Source: Promethearchaeota archaeon
GTDB taxonomy: Archaea > Asgardarchaeota > Lokiarchaeia > Sigyniarchaeales > SOKP01
Assembly (NCBI GenBank): GCA_019058445.1
Contig: JAHPZA010000006.1
Span: 480,001 to 544,000, forward strand
DNA length: 64,000 bases
Reading direction: 5' to 3'
Position numbers and translations under genes: made by a program. This document shows, one piece after another, positions 39,389 through 49,225 of the stretch (within the stretch, counting starts at the first letter, position 1; every line of letters begins with the position of its first letter). Below the pieces are notes generated by a model. That model was not told where the DNA came from. It worked only from the letters and a program-made list of their open reading frames with translations, and ran no database searches.

Positions 39389-42355
39389 ATGATTAGAGAT
39401 ATAGATTCCAAAATTCAAAAAATTAAAGATTTTATAAATCGAAATCATTTCAATAATGCTATACGAGATTGTTTATCTATAATTGAGGAACTTCTTAAAA
39501 ATTTATATAAGGATATAAATCTTGATTTAAACTTAGATGAAAGGCAAAAAGCGTTAGATTATGAAAAGGAGAAAAAAAAACAATATCATAAAATGACGAT
39601 TGGAGAATTAATTGGGCTATTTAGAGTAACTGATCTTTTTAAAGCAATTAGTAAAAAATGCAGTACTGAATTTAAATATTTTACACATCAACTCTTATCC
39701 CAGCTTAATGATGTAAGAATTTCGTGTACTCACGATGATTATGCCAGCTCTTTTCATGAAGCAAACTATATTTATTCAACTTTAAGATTGATTTTAGACG
39801 AATTAAATATTTATAAAGGAGTTAAACCTGAAAAAATCTCAATGGATATTCCTAAAGGTGTAGTATCAGAACGTTTTTATAAAGAATTTAAAGAAGAATT
39901 TGATCTTTTATCTTCAAAGGTTGAGATTATTCCGGATAGAATACTTAAAGAATTATCATTTCAAAAACAATCTTTCAAAAATATATCTGATTCGTTTGAA
40001 ATGAATGAATCTATTATGGATACTGAAACTATAAACATTACTAAAGAATTCAATTTAATAAAATTTAAAAAACTAGAAATTTTAAGATTGACAAATTTCA
40101 AAAATGCATATTTTGAATCAAAAAACTTTGAATTAATTAAAAAATTTGAAGATTCACTAATTCTAAACAAGTTTAATGAAGCTAAAGCTACATTAGAGCA
40201 AAATCTTGACAAATTTAATGAATTAGAACAAATAATCTTAAAAGATATTCTATGCACATATAAAGAAGATTATAAAGTCTCAATTGAGCATACAAACAAT
40301 CTGATTGAAAAACTGCCTGAAGCATATTTAGGTTATTTATTTCAATCAAATACTTATTTTGAAATGAAAAATTATAAGAAAGCTATAGAAATCATAAATA
40401 AGATATTGACTGAAAATCCCGACATTGTTCTAATCTTGTTGTGCAAGAGCTTAATTTTAAAAGCCCAAGAGAAATATATTGAAGCTCTTAATACAATAGA
40501 AAAAGCAATAGAATTGAAAAGAGACAGTTATGAATTATTATGTCATAAAGCAATCATTTTAAATCATATGAAAGAATATGAGGAAGCTTCTAAAATTTTG
40601 AACAAAATTATCGAGAGTAATAGCGGTGATATTAATTATGGGTGGATTTATAAAATTTTAACTCGTTCTTATTTTGAGCTTAAATCATTTAATAAAGCCA
40701 TAGAATCCATTGAAAAAGTAATTGAATTTGAGCCAGAAGATTCATGGTCTTATTCAATAAAATCGTACATTTTAAATGAGATCAATAGAAAAGAGGAAGC
40801 CTTAGAGGAAATTGAAAAAGCAATTAACATTGAACCAAATATTTCCCGCTATTATATAAATAAAGTAATTTTATTATATGAAATGAATAAAAATGAAGAA
40901 GCCTTAGAATCGATAAAAAAAGCAATCAAGATTGAGCAAGATAATACCTTTTTGTATTATTTATTAGCCAGGATTTTATTGAGACTTAAGAAAAATGAAG
41001 AGGCCTTAGAATTAATTGAAAAGGCAATCGAAATGGAGCCAGACAATTCCCTTTACTATATAAAAGCACAAACTTTAATAAAATTGAATAGAAATGATGA
41101 AGCTTTAGAAATAATTGAAAAAACAATAGATCTAAATCCTGAAATATCCATTAATTTTTCAATAAAAGCACAAATTTTATCGAAACTTAATAAAAATGAA
41201 GAAGCCTTAAAAATAATCGAAAAAGCAATTGAGATGGACCCTACAGTGCCCTTTTATTATGATACTAAATCAGAAATTTTAATTAAAATGAATAGAAATG
41301 AAGCAGCGTTAGAAGCTATTGAAAAAGCAATTGACATGGACCCTACAGTGCCCTATTATTATGATATTAAATCAGAAATACTAATTAAAATGAATAGAAA
41401 TGAAGCAGCGTTAAAAACTATTGAAAAGGCAATCGAAATGGAGCCTAAAGATTTCTTTTTTCAATATAGAAAATCAGAAGTGTTAATGGAAATGAATAGA
41501 AATGAAGCAGCATTAGAAACTATTGAAAAAGTAATAGAGCTTCAACCAACAGATTCCTTTATATATCTCAGGAAATCAATTATTTTATCATTACTAAATT
41601 TAAACGAGACAGCATTAAAAACAATTGAAAAGGCCATCGAGATAGACCCAAAAACTTCCCTATATTATCTCAGGAAATCAAATCTTTTATCAAAACTAAA
41701 TAAAGGCGAAGGAGCATTAAAAACAATTGAAAAGGCCATCGAAATAGACCCAAAGGATCCCTTATATTATTCTGCTAAGGTTGTTATATTATTAGAACTG
41801 AATAGGAATGAATTGGCTTTGGAAACGATAAAAAAAGCAATAAAGATAAAACCTGAAGATTCCTTAAATTATTTAATTAAAGCAGAAATTTTGAGTAGGT
41901 TAAAAAGATATGAGGAAGAATTAATAGCAATTAATAAAGCTTCAGAACTGGATGCCGATGATCCAGATATTGTGAACCAAAAAGCTTATGCTTTGACAAG
42001 GCTCAAAAGAAAAGGTGAAGCTATTGAATTAGTAAAGAAACTAATTGAACATCATCCCGAAAATGGAGAATACTATGATTCATACGGAGAGATTTTAATG
42101 AAGTTTAATGAATATAATAAAGCAATTAAAACGTTTGAAAAAGCTATTTTAAAATCAGGAGAAGATTCACTTTATTTGAAAGAAACCTTGATCAAAATGG
42201 GTAGATGTTATGAACGATTAGGCAAATTTGAGGACGCTATAAAAAACATCAAAATTGGAAGAATTCTTGCTAAAATAGAAGATGATATAGAATGGACTGA
42301 AAAAGCAGATAAATATCTTTTAAAGGTTAATCAAATAGGAGATATTAAAAATTAA
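39389..42355 (+). CDS. Putative HEPN-domain + long TPR-array protein
   Basis: N-terminal IIEELLK...MTIGELI...LNDVRISCTH (R-x4-H); about 19-20 TPR-like 34-aa repeats (EALxxIEKAIExxP). Confidence 0.8.
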   Translation: MIRDIDSKIQKIKDFINRNHFNNAIRDCLSIIEELLKNLYKDINLDLNLDERQKALDYEKEKKKQYHKMTIGELIGLFRVTDLFKAISKKCSTEFKYFTHQLLSQLNDVRISCTHDDYASSFHEANYIYSTLRLILDELNIYKGVKPEKISMDIPKGVVSERFYKEFKEEFDLLSSKVEIIPDRILKELSFQKQSFKNISDSFEMNESIMDTETINITKEFNLIKFKKLEILRLTNFKNAYFESKNFELIKKFEDSLILNKFNEAKATLEQNLDKFNELEQIILKDILCTYKEDYKVSIEHTNNLIEKLPEAYLGYLFQSNTYFEMKNYKKAIEIINKILTENPDIVLILLCKSLILKAQEKYIEALNTIEKAIELKRDSYELLCHKAIILNHMKEYEEASKILNKIIESNSGDINYGWIYKILTRSYFELKSFNKAIESIEKVIEFEPEDSWSYSIKSYILNEINRKEEALEEIEKAINIEPNISRYYINKVILLYEMNKNEEALESIKKAIKIEQDNTFLYYLLARILLRLKKNEEALELIEKAIEMEPDNSLYYIKAQTLIKLNRNDEALEIIEKTIDLNPEISINFSIKAQILSKLNKNEEALKIIEKAIEMDPTVPFYYDTKSEILIKMNRNEAALEAIEKAIDMDPTVPYYYDIKSEILIKMNRNEAALKTIEKAIEMEPKDFFFQYRKSEVLMEMNRNEAALETIEKVIELQPTDSFIYLRKSIILSLLNLNETALKTIEKAIEIDPKTSLYYLRKSNLLSKLNKGEGALKTIEKAIEIDPKDPLYYSAKVVILLELNRNELALETIKKAIKIKPEDSLNYLIKAEILSRLKRYEEELIAINKASELDADDPDIVNQKAYALTRLKRKGEAIELVKKLIEHHPENGEYYDSYGEILMKFNEYNKAIKTFEKAILKSGEDSLYLKETLIKMGRCYERLGKFEDAIKNIKIGRILAKIEDDIEWTEKADKYLLKVNQIGDIKN
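41190..41530 (+). repeat. Near-identical 102-bp TPR-encoding tandem units
   Basis: gaaaaagcaattga.atggaccctacagtgccct.ttattatgata.taaatcagaaat repeated at 102-bp spacing; atgaatagaaatgaagcagc three times. Confidence 0.8.
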
Positions 42356-42426
42356 AAAGTTTATGAGAGTTTATATAAAATAGTTAAAAATATTTTCAAC
42401 TCCATATTTCTATTAAAATGTTTAGT

Positions 42427-44367
42427 TTAGCCGAATTGCCTGTAATCTATTGTTTTAATGATATATTTTTCCCCAGTTGCACCATTATTCACTAAAGCAA
42501 ATCGATTTTCTAATTGGGTGATTAATTGTCGTTCCTCGGGGTCTTCAGTAAACAAACTATTATTGGGGTAATCCTCCCGGAAAATAATCTTTACGCTGGG
42601 TTGCGAGGGAACATCTTCAAATAATTGAGAAGGTGATTGGTCTGCAATTATAAACCCAACACCTCTGCTACGATACTCTTTTAACATTTTAGAGAATATC
42701 TTAGCCATTTGCTCTTTCATGATAAAATCGGTATCATCTGGATTTGATGTAATAGGCTTTTCTAAAATCTCATGGGCCTCGTCAATAACAACAACTTGAT
42801 TCAATTTCTCAATTTCGCGGTCTTTTGTCAGCACTCGAATCAATTGAAGAATAGCATTAACGATTAATAATTTAACAAATTTATTACACATACTTAAATC
42901 TAAAAAGATATTCTGTCCATTTATCCAATTCTTAATCCAGGTTGGTAATTCGGAAGTAATACTAAGAGTTTGTTGGATCTTTTTATCATTAAACACATTA
43001 ATTCGATTTTTTAACGCCTGTAAAAAATTGCCCTGCAGATCTTTACCATAGGGATTTTTTCTTATATAGCTCTCAACGCTTTTTAAAATCGTAAGGAAAT
43101 ATGAGGGCATTTTGCCTTGAGTAGTCATAATTGCTTTAGCAGAACTATAGAAAATTTTTTCAAACACATTTTTTAGTCCTAATGAGGCACATAAATAAGT
43201 TGCCAGTTCTTGTAAGTGCTTATCTAATTGCGCACTTTCCCCTTTCACAAAATATGGGATGTTAAAATCTTTATCAGAGAAGCTAATGTGAAGAAAATTA
43301 TTATAATAAATGTTTTGAGATTCTTTTGCAACATTGAGCACTAAAACTCCAATACTATCCGCCTTTTGATTCAATTCTTCAATTAATTGAGCGAGTAGAT
43401 ACGTTTTTCCCGTTCCAGATTTTCCAAAAATTACCATATTTTGAGTTAGTTTGTTAATAGGAACGTAAGTAATATGGTCAGAAACAATCCCATTTTTTAC
43501 ATGAAATCCTATGCTTAAGGAGTTTTTTTTAAAATCTTCATTTATATCAGCATATCGCACAATTTCATCTTTTAATATGGGTAATTTAAGTAAGGGAGTA
43601 TTTTCTGGAAAGTCAAAATCAATTTTAGTTCTATCTAGCCATTTATAATTCTCATGTTCATTTTTAAAAACTGTACCTCTTAAAATATCCGAATAGTCTA
43701 TATCTGAAGGTGTTAATAAATTTGCCCGAATTCTATTCTGATTTTCAATAGCAGTGCATAAGTATTGCAATAATCCTTTTAAGTTCACTACATCATTTTC
43801 ATTTAGGTTCCTTGCTTTATATCTAATGAAAAATCTGAAGGAGAATTTAGGATGCCCAGTGTAAAGATAATCTGATCGTTCAGTTAATTTCTGCCAAATT
43901 GCATAAAGTCGTACTTCATTTCTTCTAGGGAAAAAAAAAGAAGAAATAAACCTCTCAACAATATCAATCTTATATGATAAAATTCCATCTGGAATGATGA
44001 TTTCTTCAATTTCATAATCCTCGTTTTCCTGTAGTGTCTCCATAGTAATTAAATTTGCATGCACCTTGCCGTCTAATCCTATGAATTCATATTTTAGGTT
44101 ATTTAACCAAGTATGACCGAAAACCAGCGCTTCAGTTTTAGAAGATGCCTCTGTAAAAAATTCCCATTTAATATTTTCAGAAGCAATTAATTCAAGTCCA
44201 TAGCTTTTAAATGGAATTGATCCAATTGGATCTAATAAAAATGACCGTACCTTAAGTTCCCCCTCATTATCGAAACCTGGGATATCTTCAGCTTCTTTTG
44301 GTTCAAATGGTTGAGGAACTTGCGTAATTTCAATGCGAGCTTGCCAAAATAAAGTGTCACTTTCCAT
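42427..44367 (-). CDS. HerA/FtsK/VirB4-like ATPase (DUF87-type)
   Basis: NMVIFGKSGTGKT (Walker A), VVIDEAH (Walker B), EYRSRGVGFIIADQSPS (Arg finger/sensor). Confidence 0.88.
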   Translation of the reverse strand: MESDTLFWQARIEITQVPQPFEPKEAEDIPGFDNEGELKVRSFLLDPIGSIPFKSYGLELIASENIKWEFFTEASSKTEALVFGHTWLNNLKYEFIGLDGKVHANLITMETLQENEDYEIEEIIIPDGILSYKIDIVERFISSFFFPRRNEVRLYAIWQKLTERSDYLYTGHPKFSFRFFIRYKARNLNENDVVNLKGLLQYLCTAIENQNRIRANLLTPSDIDYSDILRGTVFKNEHENYKWLDRTKIDFDFPENTPLLKLPILKDEIVRYADINEDFKKNSLSIGFHVKNGIVSDHITYVPINKLTQNMVIFGKSGTGKTYLLAQLIEELNQKADSIGVLVLNVAKESQNIYYNNFLHISFSDKDFNIPYFVKGESAQLDKHLQELATYLCASLGLKNVFEKIFYSSAKAIMTTQGKMPSYFLTILKSVESYIRKNPYGKDLQGNFLQALKNRINVFNDKKIQQTLSITSELPTWIKNWINGQNIFLDLSMCNKFVKLLIVNAILQLIRVLTKDREIEKLNQVVVIDEAHEILEKPITSNPDDTDFIMKEQMAKIFSKMLKEYRSRGVGFIIADQSPSQLFEDVPSQPSVKIIFREDYPNNSLFTEDPEERQLITQLENRFALVNNGATGEKYIIKTIDYRQFG

Positions 44368-44885
44368 GGAACATCAAATTTAGAATTAAATAACAAACAT
44401 TAATCATTTCAAAAATTCATTTTAAAAGGTGTATATTTTATAGAAATTATAAAACAAGGATTTGGTAATTTTAGTTAGTGTGCATGGTTACACTCTGATT
44501 TTATCAATATAAGTTATATATCAATACGCCCCACTGAGGATCTTCTGATAGATGTATCAAAATGATTCATTTTCTTCGAATACAAACTAACATTCTGTTA
44601 AAAATCAGAAAAAGTCCTGTCTAAACGACAAAAAATGGAATCCCACTTCTACCCCACCTAAAAATGAAAGAAAGTCAAAATAAATTCATATATATTGTAT
44701 TAAATAAAAATTTTAGAAAGAAAAAGTTCTAAACATTGAGAATATAAAAAAGCTTTTCTTTATTTGTATTTGAATTCGAAGAATAATGTTTATCTCTTAT
44801 AGGATGTCATAAAAAATTTATTCTTTGAAGTATTATTTTTCAGTACAATATATAAAAAATGAAGTTTTCTTAGGGTGTTATCATC

Positions 44886-46679
44886 ATGGATGATGAAATT
44901 AAAATAATTGAAGTAAGAATTCGTAATTATCGTTGTCTTAAATCAGTAGCTTTAAAACTTGAAGATTTAACAATATTAACTGGTCAAAATAATTCGGGTA
45001 AAACTAGTTTTATTAAAGCCATTGAATCAGCTATTGGAGTTGGGAGTCAAAGATTTACAGAGGAAGATATTTATTTAGCTCAAAATGAAAAAAGACCACC
45101 AAAAGATCGAGCAATTATTGTCGACTTGCTGATACGCCCTTGGAATAGTACAGAAAATAAAGTAATAGATGTCTTTCCTCAAGGGAGTTTTTGGTTAGCT
45201 CTTTGGGGAGATGGAACAGCTCAAGATAAAAATTTTAATGATTTCATTGGAATGAGAACTGAATATAAATGGAATCCTAGAAAAAATGATTATTCTACTA
45301 CTCGAAGTTTTTTAAATGAGTGGAAAGAGGACCTTGAAGAAATTGAGAAAGCAAAAAAAATTGAAAAAGCAGGTGCAATAAATTTTGAAATGATTGAACC
45401 TCTAGCACTTTATTTAATGGATGAAAAAAGAGATATCATAGATGAGTTTAGTAAAAAAACATCTTTTTGGTATAAATTGATTTCAAATCCTGGTTTAAAT
45501 GAAGATCAGATAAAAGATTTCGAAAAAGCATTAAATAATCTTAATCTAAATATAATCAAGGGAAGTTCAGTTTTAAAACATATTTTAGACCATTTAAATG
45601 AATTATATCCAATTGTATCTCATGAATTTGGTAAACCCGAAATATTTCCAATTCCTAGACAATTAGATGATTTGAGTAAAGGAATTGATATCGGAATTTC
45701 AATGAAAAATTCCCAAACATTCTCCCTAACTCGATATGGAATGGGGACTCGAAGTTTGGCAACTATAGTATTATTTAAGGCATATATTACCTTAAAACAA
45801 AAAGAGATGAAGAATAATAAAATGCATCCAATGCTCGCTATTGAAGAACCTGAAAATCATCTGCATCCTCAAGCTCAGAGATCAATATTTGAATTAATTA
45901 AAAAAATTCAAGGTCAAATAATACTTACAACACATTCACCATATATTATTGAATGTGCTAGAATTCAGCAGATTCGTCATTTCCAAAAGATAGACTCAGA
46001 TGTCCAGATTTCTCAAATGAATGTGGAAGATCTCTCAGAAGATGATCTAAGAAAAATAAATTATATGGTGTTAAAAACCAGAGGCTATATGTTTTACGCT
46101 CGAGTATTGATTCTTGCAGAGGGAGAAACCGATGAGAGAGGATTACCTACATTTGCTGAGGAATATTGGGGTAAACGCCTGAGTAATTTAGGTATGGAGT
46201 TTATTGGAGTAGGTGGTGATGGTAATTATCTCCCATTTTTAAGGCTTGCTCAAAGTTTTGGTATTCGATGGTATATTTTTTCTGATGGAGAACCTGAAGC
46301 AATTAATAATGTTAATAGGGCACTTACTAAATTGAATGAAGATATTATTCCCAATAATCCTAATGTATTTGTTTTGCCTAATAATGAAAACTATGAATCC
46401 TATTTAATAAAGTCTGATTATGAAAAGGAGCTTATAGAGATGTATATCAATTTAAAAGGAGAGCAAGCAGAACATAAGAACGCTTTAAAAGATGATTTTG
46501 ACAATAATAGAAAAACATTAGATGATATTCTTCAATATGCTAAGGATAATAAAATTAAGTGTGCAATACCATTAGCTAAAGCAATTTTACATAATACTGA
46601 TGAGAATCTAAGATTTCCTGAAAAAATTCGGTTGCTTTTCGAAAAAATAAGTATTGATTTTAAATTAAAAAAAAAATAA
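44886..46679 (+). CDS. gajA: OLD-family ABC-ATPase/TOPRIM nuclease (GajA-like)
   Basis: IRNYR, GQNNSGKT, GMG signature, IEEPENHLHPQAQR, TTHSP, TOPRIM LAEGETD and FSDGE. Confidence 0.88.
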   Translation: MDDEIKIIEVRIRNYRCLKSVALKLEDLTILTGQNNSGKTSFIKAIESAIGVGSQRFTEEDIYLAQNEKRPPKDRAIIVDLLIRPWNSTENKVIDVFPQGSFWLALWGDGTAQDKNFNDFIGMRTEYKWNPRKNDYSTTRSFLNEWKEDLEEIEKAKKIEKAGAINFEMIEPLALYLMDEKRDIIDEFSKKTSFWYKLISNPGLNEDQIKDFEKALNNLNLNIIKGSSVLKHILDHLNELYPIVSHEFGKPEIFPIPRQLDDLSKGIDIGISMKNSQTFSLTRYGMGTRSLATIVLFKAYITLKQKEMKNNKMHPMLAIEEPENHLHPQAQRSIFELIKKIQGQIILTTHSPYIIECARIQQIRHFQKIDSDVQISQMNVEDLSEDDLRKINYMVLKTRGYMFYARVLILAEGETDERGLPTFAEEYWGKRLSNLGMEFIGVGGDGNYLPFLRLAQSFGIRWYIFSDGEPEAINNVNRALTKLNEDIIPNNPNVFVLPNNENYESYLIKSDYEKELIEMYINLKGEQAEHKNALKDDFDNNRKTLDDILQYAKDNKIKCAIPLAKAILHNTDENLRFPEKIRLLFEKISIDFKLKKK

Positions 46680-46691
46680 TATTATAAATTT

Positions 46692-48548
46692 ATGACAATT
46701 AAACCCACATTAATTCAAAAAAAAATAATTCAACATGGGGATGGAGCTTTATTAGTCCTTGCAGGACCAGGTTCAGGTAAAACTTTTGTTGTTACAGAAC
46801 GTATACGCCGTTTATTAATGGAATCTAAGGGAAATTTTCGAATACTAGCTTTAACTTTTACAAATAAAGCGGCTAATGAAATGAAAGAACGATTAGCTGA
46901 ATTTCCAAGAATAAATAAGAAAGCATTTATTGGTACGCTCCATAGTTTTTGCTTAGAAGTTCTTGCAAATAGAGGTAATTCAGAAGGATTCAATGGTCTT
47001 CCCATCATTTTTGAATTAATTGAAGATCGTAGAAAGATTTTATCTCAGGCAATTAGAGAAGTTCCAATTTTAGATAACGAATTCAAGCAATTAGAAACCT
47101 CAAAACAAAAACTCAATTTCCTTGATCACTGGCTCGAAGAGATTAGAATTGCTAAAATTAAACTAAAAACACCAGAATTGATAGATGAGTTAACACTAAG
47201 AAATATTTTTGAATCTTATAATGCTTATCTCCGGATTTCAAATGCTGTAGATTTCGATGATTTACTCCTATATACGTACCAAATATTTGAAAAACAGCCA
47301 AAAATTGCAGACTTCTATCGTCGACAGTATCGTTATATTTGTATAGATGAAGCCCAGGATTTAAATGAAGCTCAATATCGAGTAATTACTGCATTATGTG
47401 GTAATTCGTACAAAAATGTTATGATGGTCGGAGATCCAAATCAAGCCATTTTCGAGTGGTATGGTGCGAGTCCAAAATATTTAGAACAATTTAAAGAAGA
47501 TTTTGATGCTAAAGTGATTAATATTGAAGAAAACTTTCGAAGTTCGAGATCAGTCATAGTTGCTGCAAATAAATTAAATCCGAAATATGAAACAGTTGGG
47601 GTTTACCCTATTGAGGGTGAGATAAAATTAATTATAGGTAAAAGTGAAAATCATGAAGCACAGCTTATCTTAAAAGAAATTTCAGAATTATTGGAAAAAG
47701 GTCATAAAGACATAGAAAATCTAGTAGCTCTAAATGATATTGCCATTTTAGGTCGTACTCGCTATGCTCTTTTAGAAATCCAAAATGTATTGGAAAAAGC
47801 TGGTTTAAAATACTATATTTATTTATCTTCTCAACATCAATCAGAATCAAACATTATGAAAGATTTTGAATTATGTTTGAGATTATTAGTAAATCCAATA
47901 GATCAATTGCATGGAGAGATCCTTCTCAAAAGATGGAATCTTGATTCAGACCTTTTTAACAAGAGTTTGAAGTATAAATTAAATTTCTTTAAAATATTAA
48001 ACCAAGAAGTAACTAATCAAAAACATAAAATAGTTATACATGCAATAAAAGAATTAGAATGGACGGAAGAGAATGTTCTTTTCTTAAATGCAATTAAAAT
48101 TTTTGAGGATTTTGCACCTAAATTAACCATTAATGATCGGGAACTATTAATCAATGATATTAATTTATGGAAACAACATTGGGATACTTTTTTAAGAGCA
48201 GATCATGGAGGAGCGCATAAGTTAAGCACATTTTTAAGCCAGATAGCACTGGGATGCACGCAACCAGCATGTCAAGATGGAATTGCTTTATTAACAATTC
48301 ATTCTGCGAAAGGATTGGAATTTAATGTTGTTTTTATTGTAGGGTTGGCAGAAGGTATATTTCCAGATTATCGAGTTAAAACTCGAGTAGATCATGAAGA
48401 AGAATTACGAAATGCATTTGTAGCTATTACTCGTGCAAAACGTTTACTATTTCTCTCGTTTCCTCAAAGAAAAAAAATGCCTTGGGGTGAAATTAGACCT
48501 CAAACTCCATCTAGATATTTAAAAAAGATCGGTTTTAATAAATTCTAA
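46692..48548 (+). CDS. gajB: UvrD-like helicase (GajB-like)
   Basis: AGPGSGKT, LTFTNKAA, IDEAQD, VGDPNQAIF, ENFRS, TIHSAKGLEF, FVAITRAK; 12 bp downstream of the OLD gene. Confidence 0.88.
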   Translation: MTIKPTLIQKKIIQHGDGALLVLAGPGSGKTFVVTERIRRLLMESKGNFRILALTFTNKAANEMKERLAEFPRINKKAFIGTLHSFCLEVLANRGNSEGFNGLPIIFELIEDRRKILSQAIREVPILDNEFKQLETSKQKLNFLDHWLEEIRIAKIKLKTPELIDELTLRNIFESYNAYLRISNAVDFDDLLLYTYQIFEKQPKIADFYRRQYRYICIDEAQDLNEAQYRVITALCGNSYKNVMMVGDPNQAIFEWYGASPKYLEQFKEDFDAKVINIEENFRSSRSVIVAANKLNPKYETVGVYPIEGEIKLIIGKSENHEAQLILKEISELLEKGHKDIENLVALNDIAILGRTRYALLEIQNVLEKAGLKYYIYLSSQHQSESNIMKDFELCLRLLVNPIDQLHGEILLKRWNLDSDLFNKSLKYKLNFFKILNQEVTNQKHKIVIHAIKELEWTEENVLFLNAIKIFEDFAPKLTINDRELLINDINLWKQHWDTFLRADHGGAHKLSTFLSQIALGCTQPACQDGIALLTIHSAKGLEFNVVFIVGLAEGIFPDYRVKTRVDHEEELRNAFVAITRAKRLLFLSFPQRKKMPWGEIRPQTPSRYLKKIGFNKF

Positions 48549-49225
48549 TAATTTTCTAAATTTACTATTACTTTTCCATAATATACCTTTCAAACTTCTC
48601 GAATTCGTCTAAGATTTTCTATTCTTACAAGGTTAAATCTAAGAAATTTTCTTCTAAGACAAAATACAGGAATATCATTTTTAAAAGCGATTTTATTTCG
48701 TAAAAAATCCCTTTTGTAATATGATTTTTATATTCTGAAGCTACTATTATATTTAAGCTTAGAATTGTATCAAAATTGGGTTGCATTTTTGTATTTTTAT
48801 CCTACTAAAGCCCGGATTTTGGATTGAATATTTTTGAGAATTTTTTTTTAAATATCTAAGCTCTTTTTTTTCCCCTTCTTGTATTATATATCTTGAGGCT
48901 ATGAGCATAATATATATGAATATTTGTTTCAGTCATTTTAATAATTTCTCCATATAATCATTTGCTTGATATATAATAAAAATTATAAAAAAAGGTTGTG
49001 TTCAAAAACCGAGAATTAATTTTTTAATGCTATTTTTTAAAACGTAAAAAAAAGTAGATTACAACCTTGTTTGTAATTTAGTTCCAATAAGCTTTTTTTC
49101 TTAATCTTTAAAATATACCTTTAACATTTATTTACTCTTTATTCTTCATTTCTTCCCATTAATTTTTAAAGATAAAAGAGGGATCAGGGAAAAAATAATT
49201 TAGATCATCCTTTTCTATGAATATT

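Noticed and set aside
40740-41900. Periodic repeats as a CRISPR array or DGR
   Set aside because: In-frame 102-bp TPR coding units; no spacers, cas genes or reverse transcriptase.
42427-44367. Housekeeping HerA of the HerA-NurA-Mre11-Rad50 operon
   Set aside because: No partner genes nearby, and the long N-terminal region does not look like a HAS barrel.
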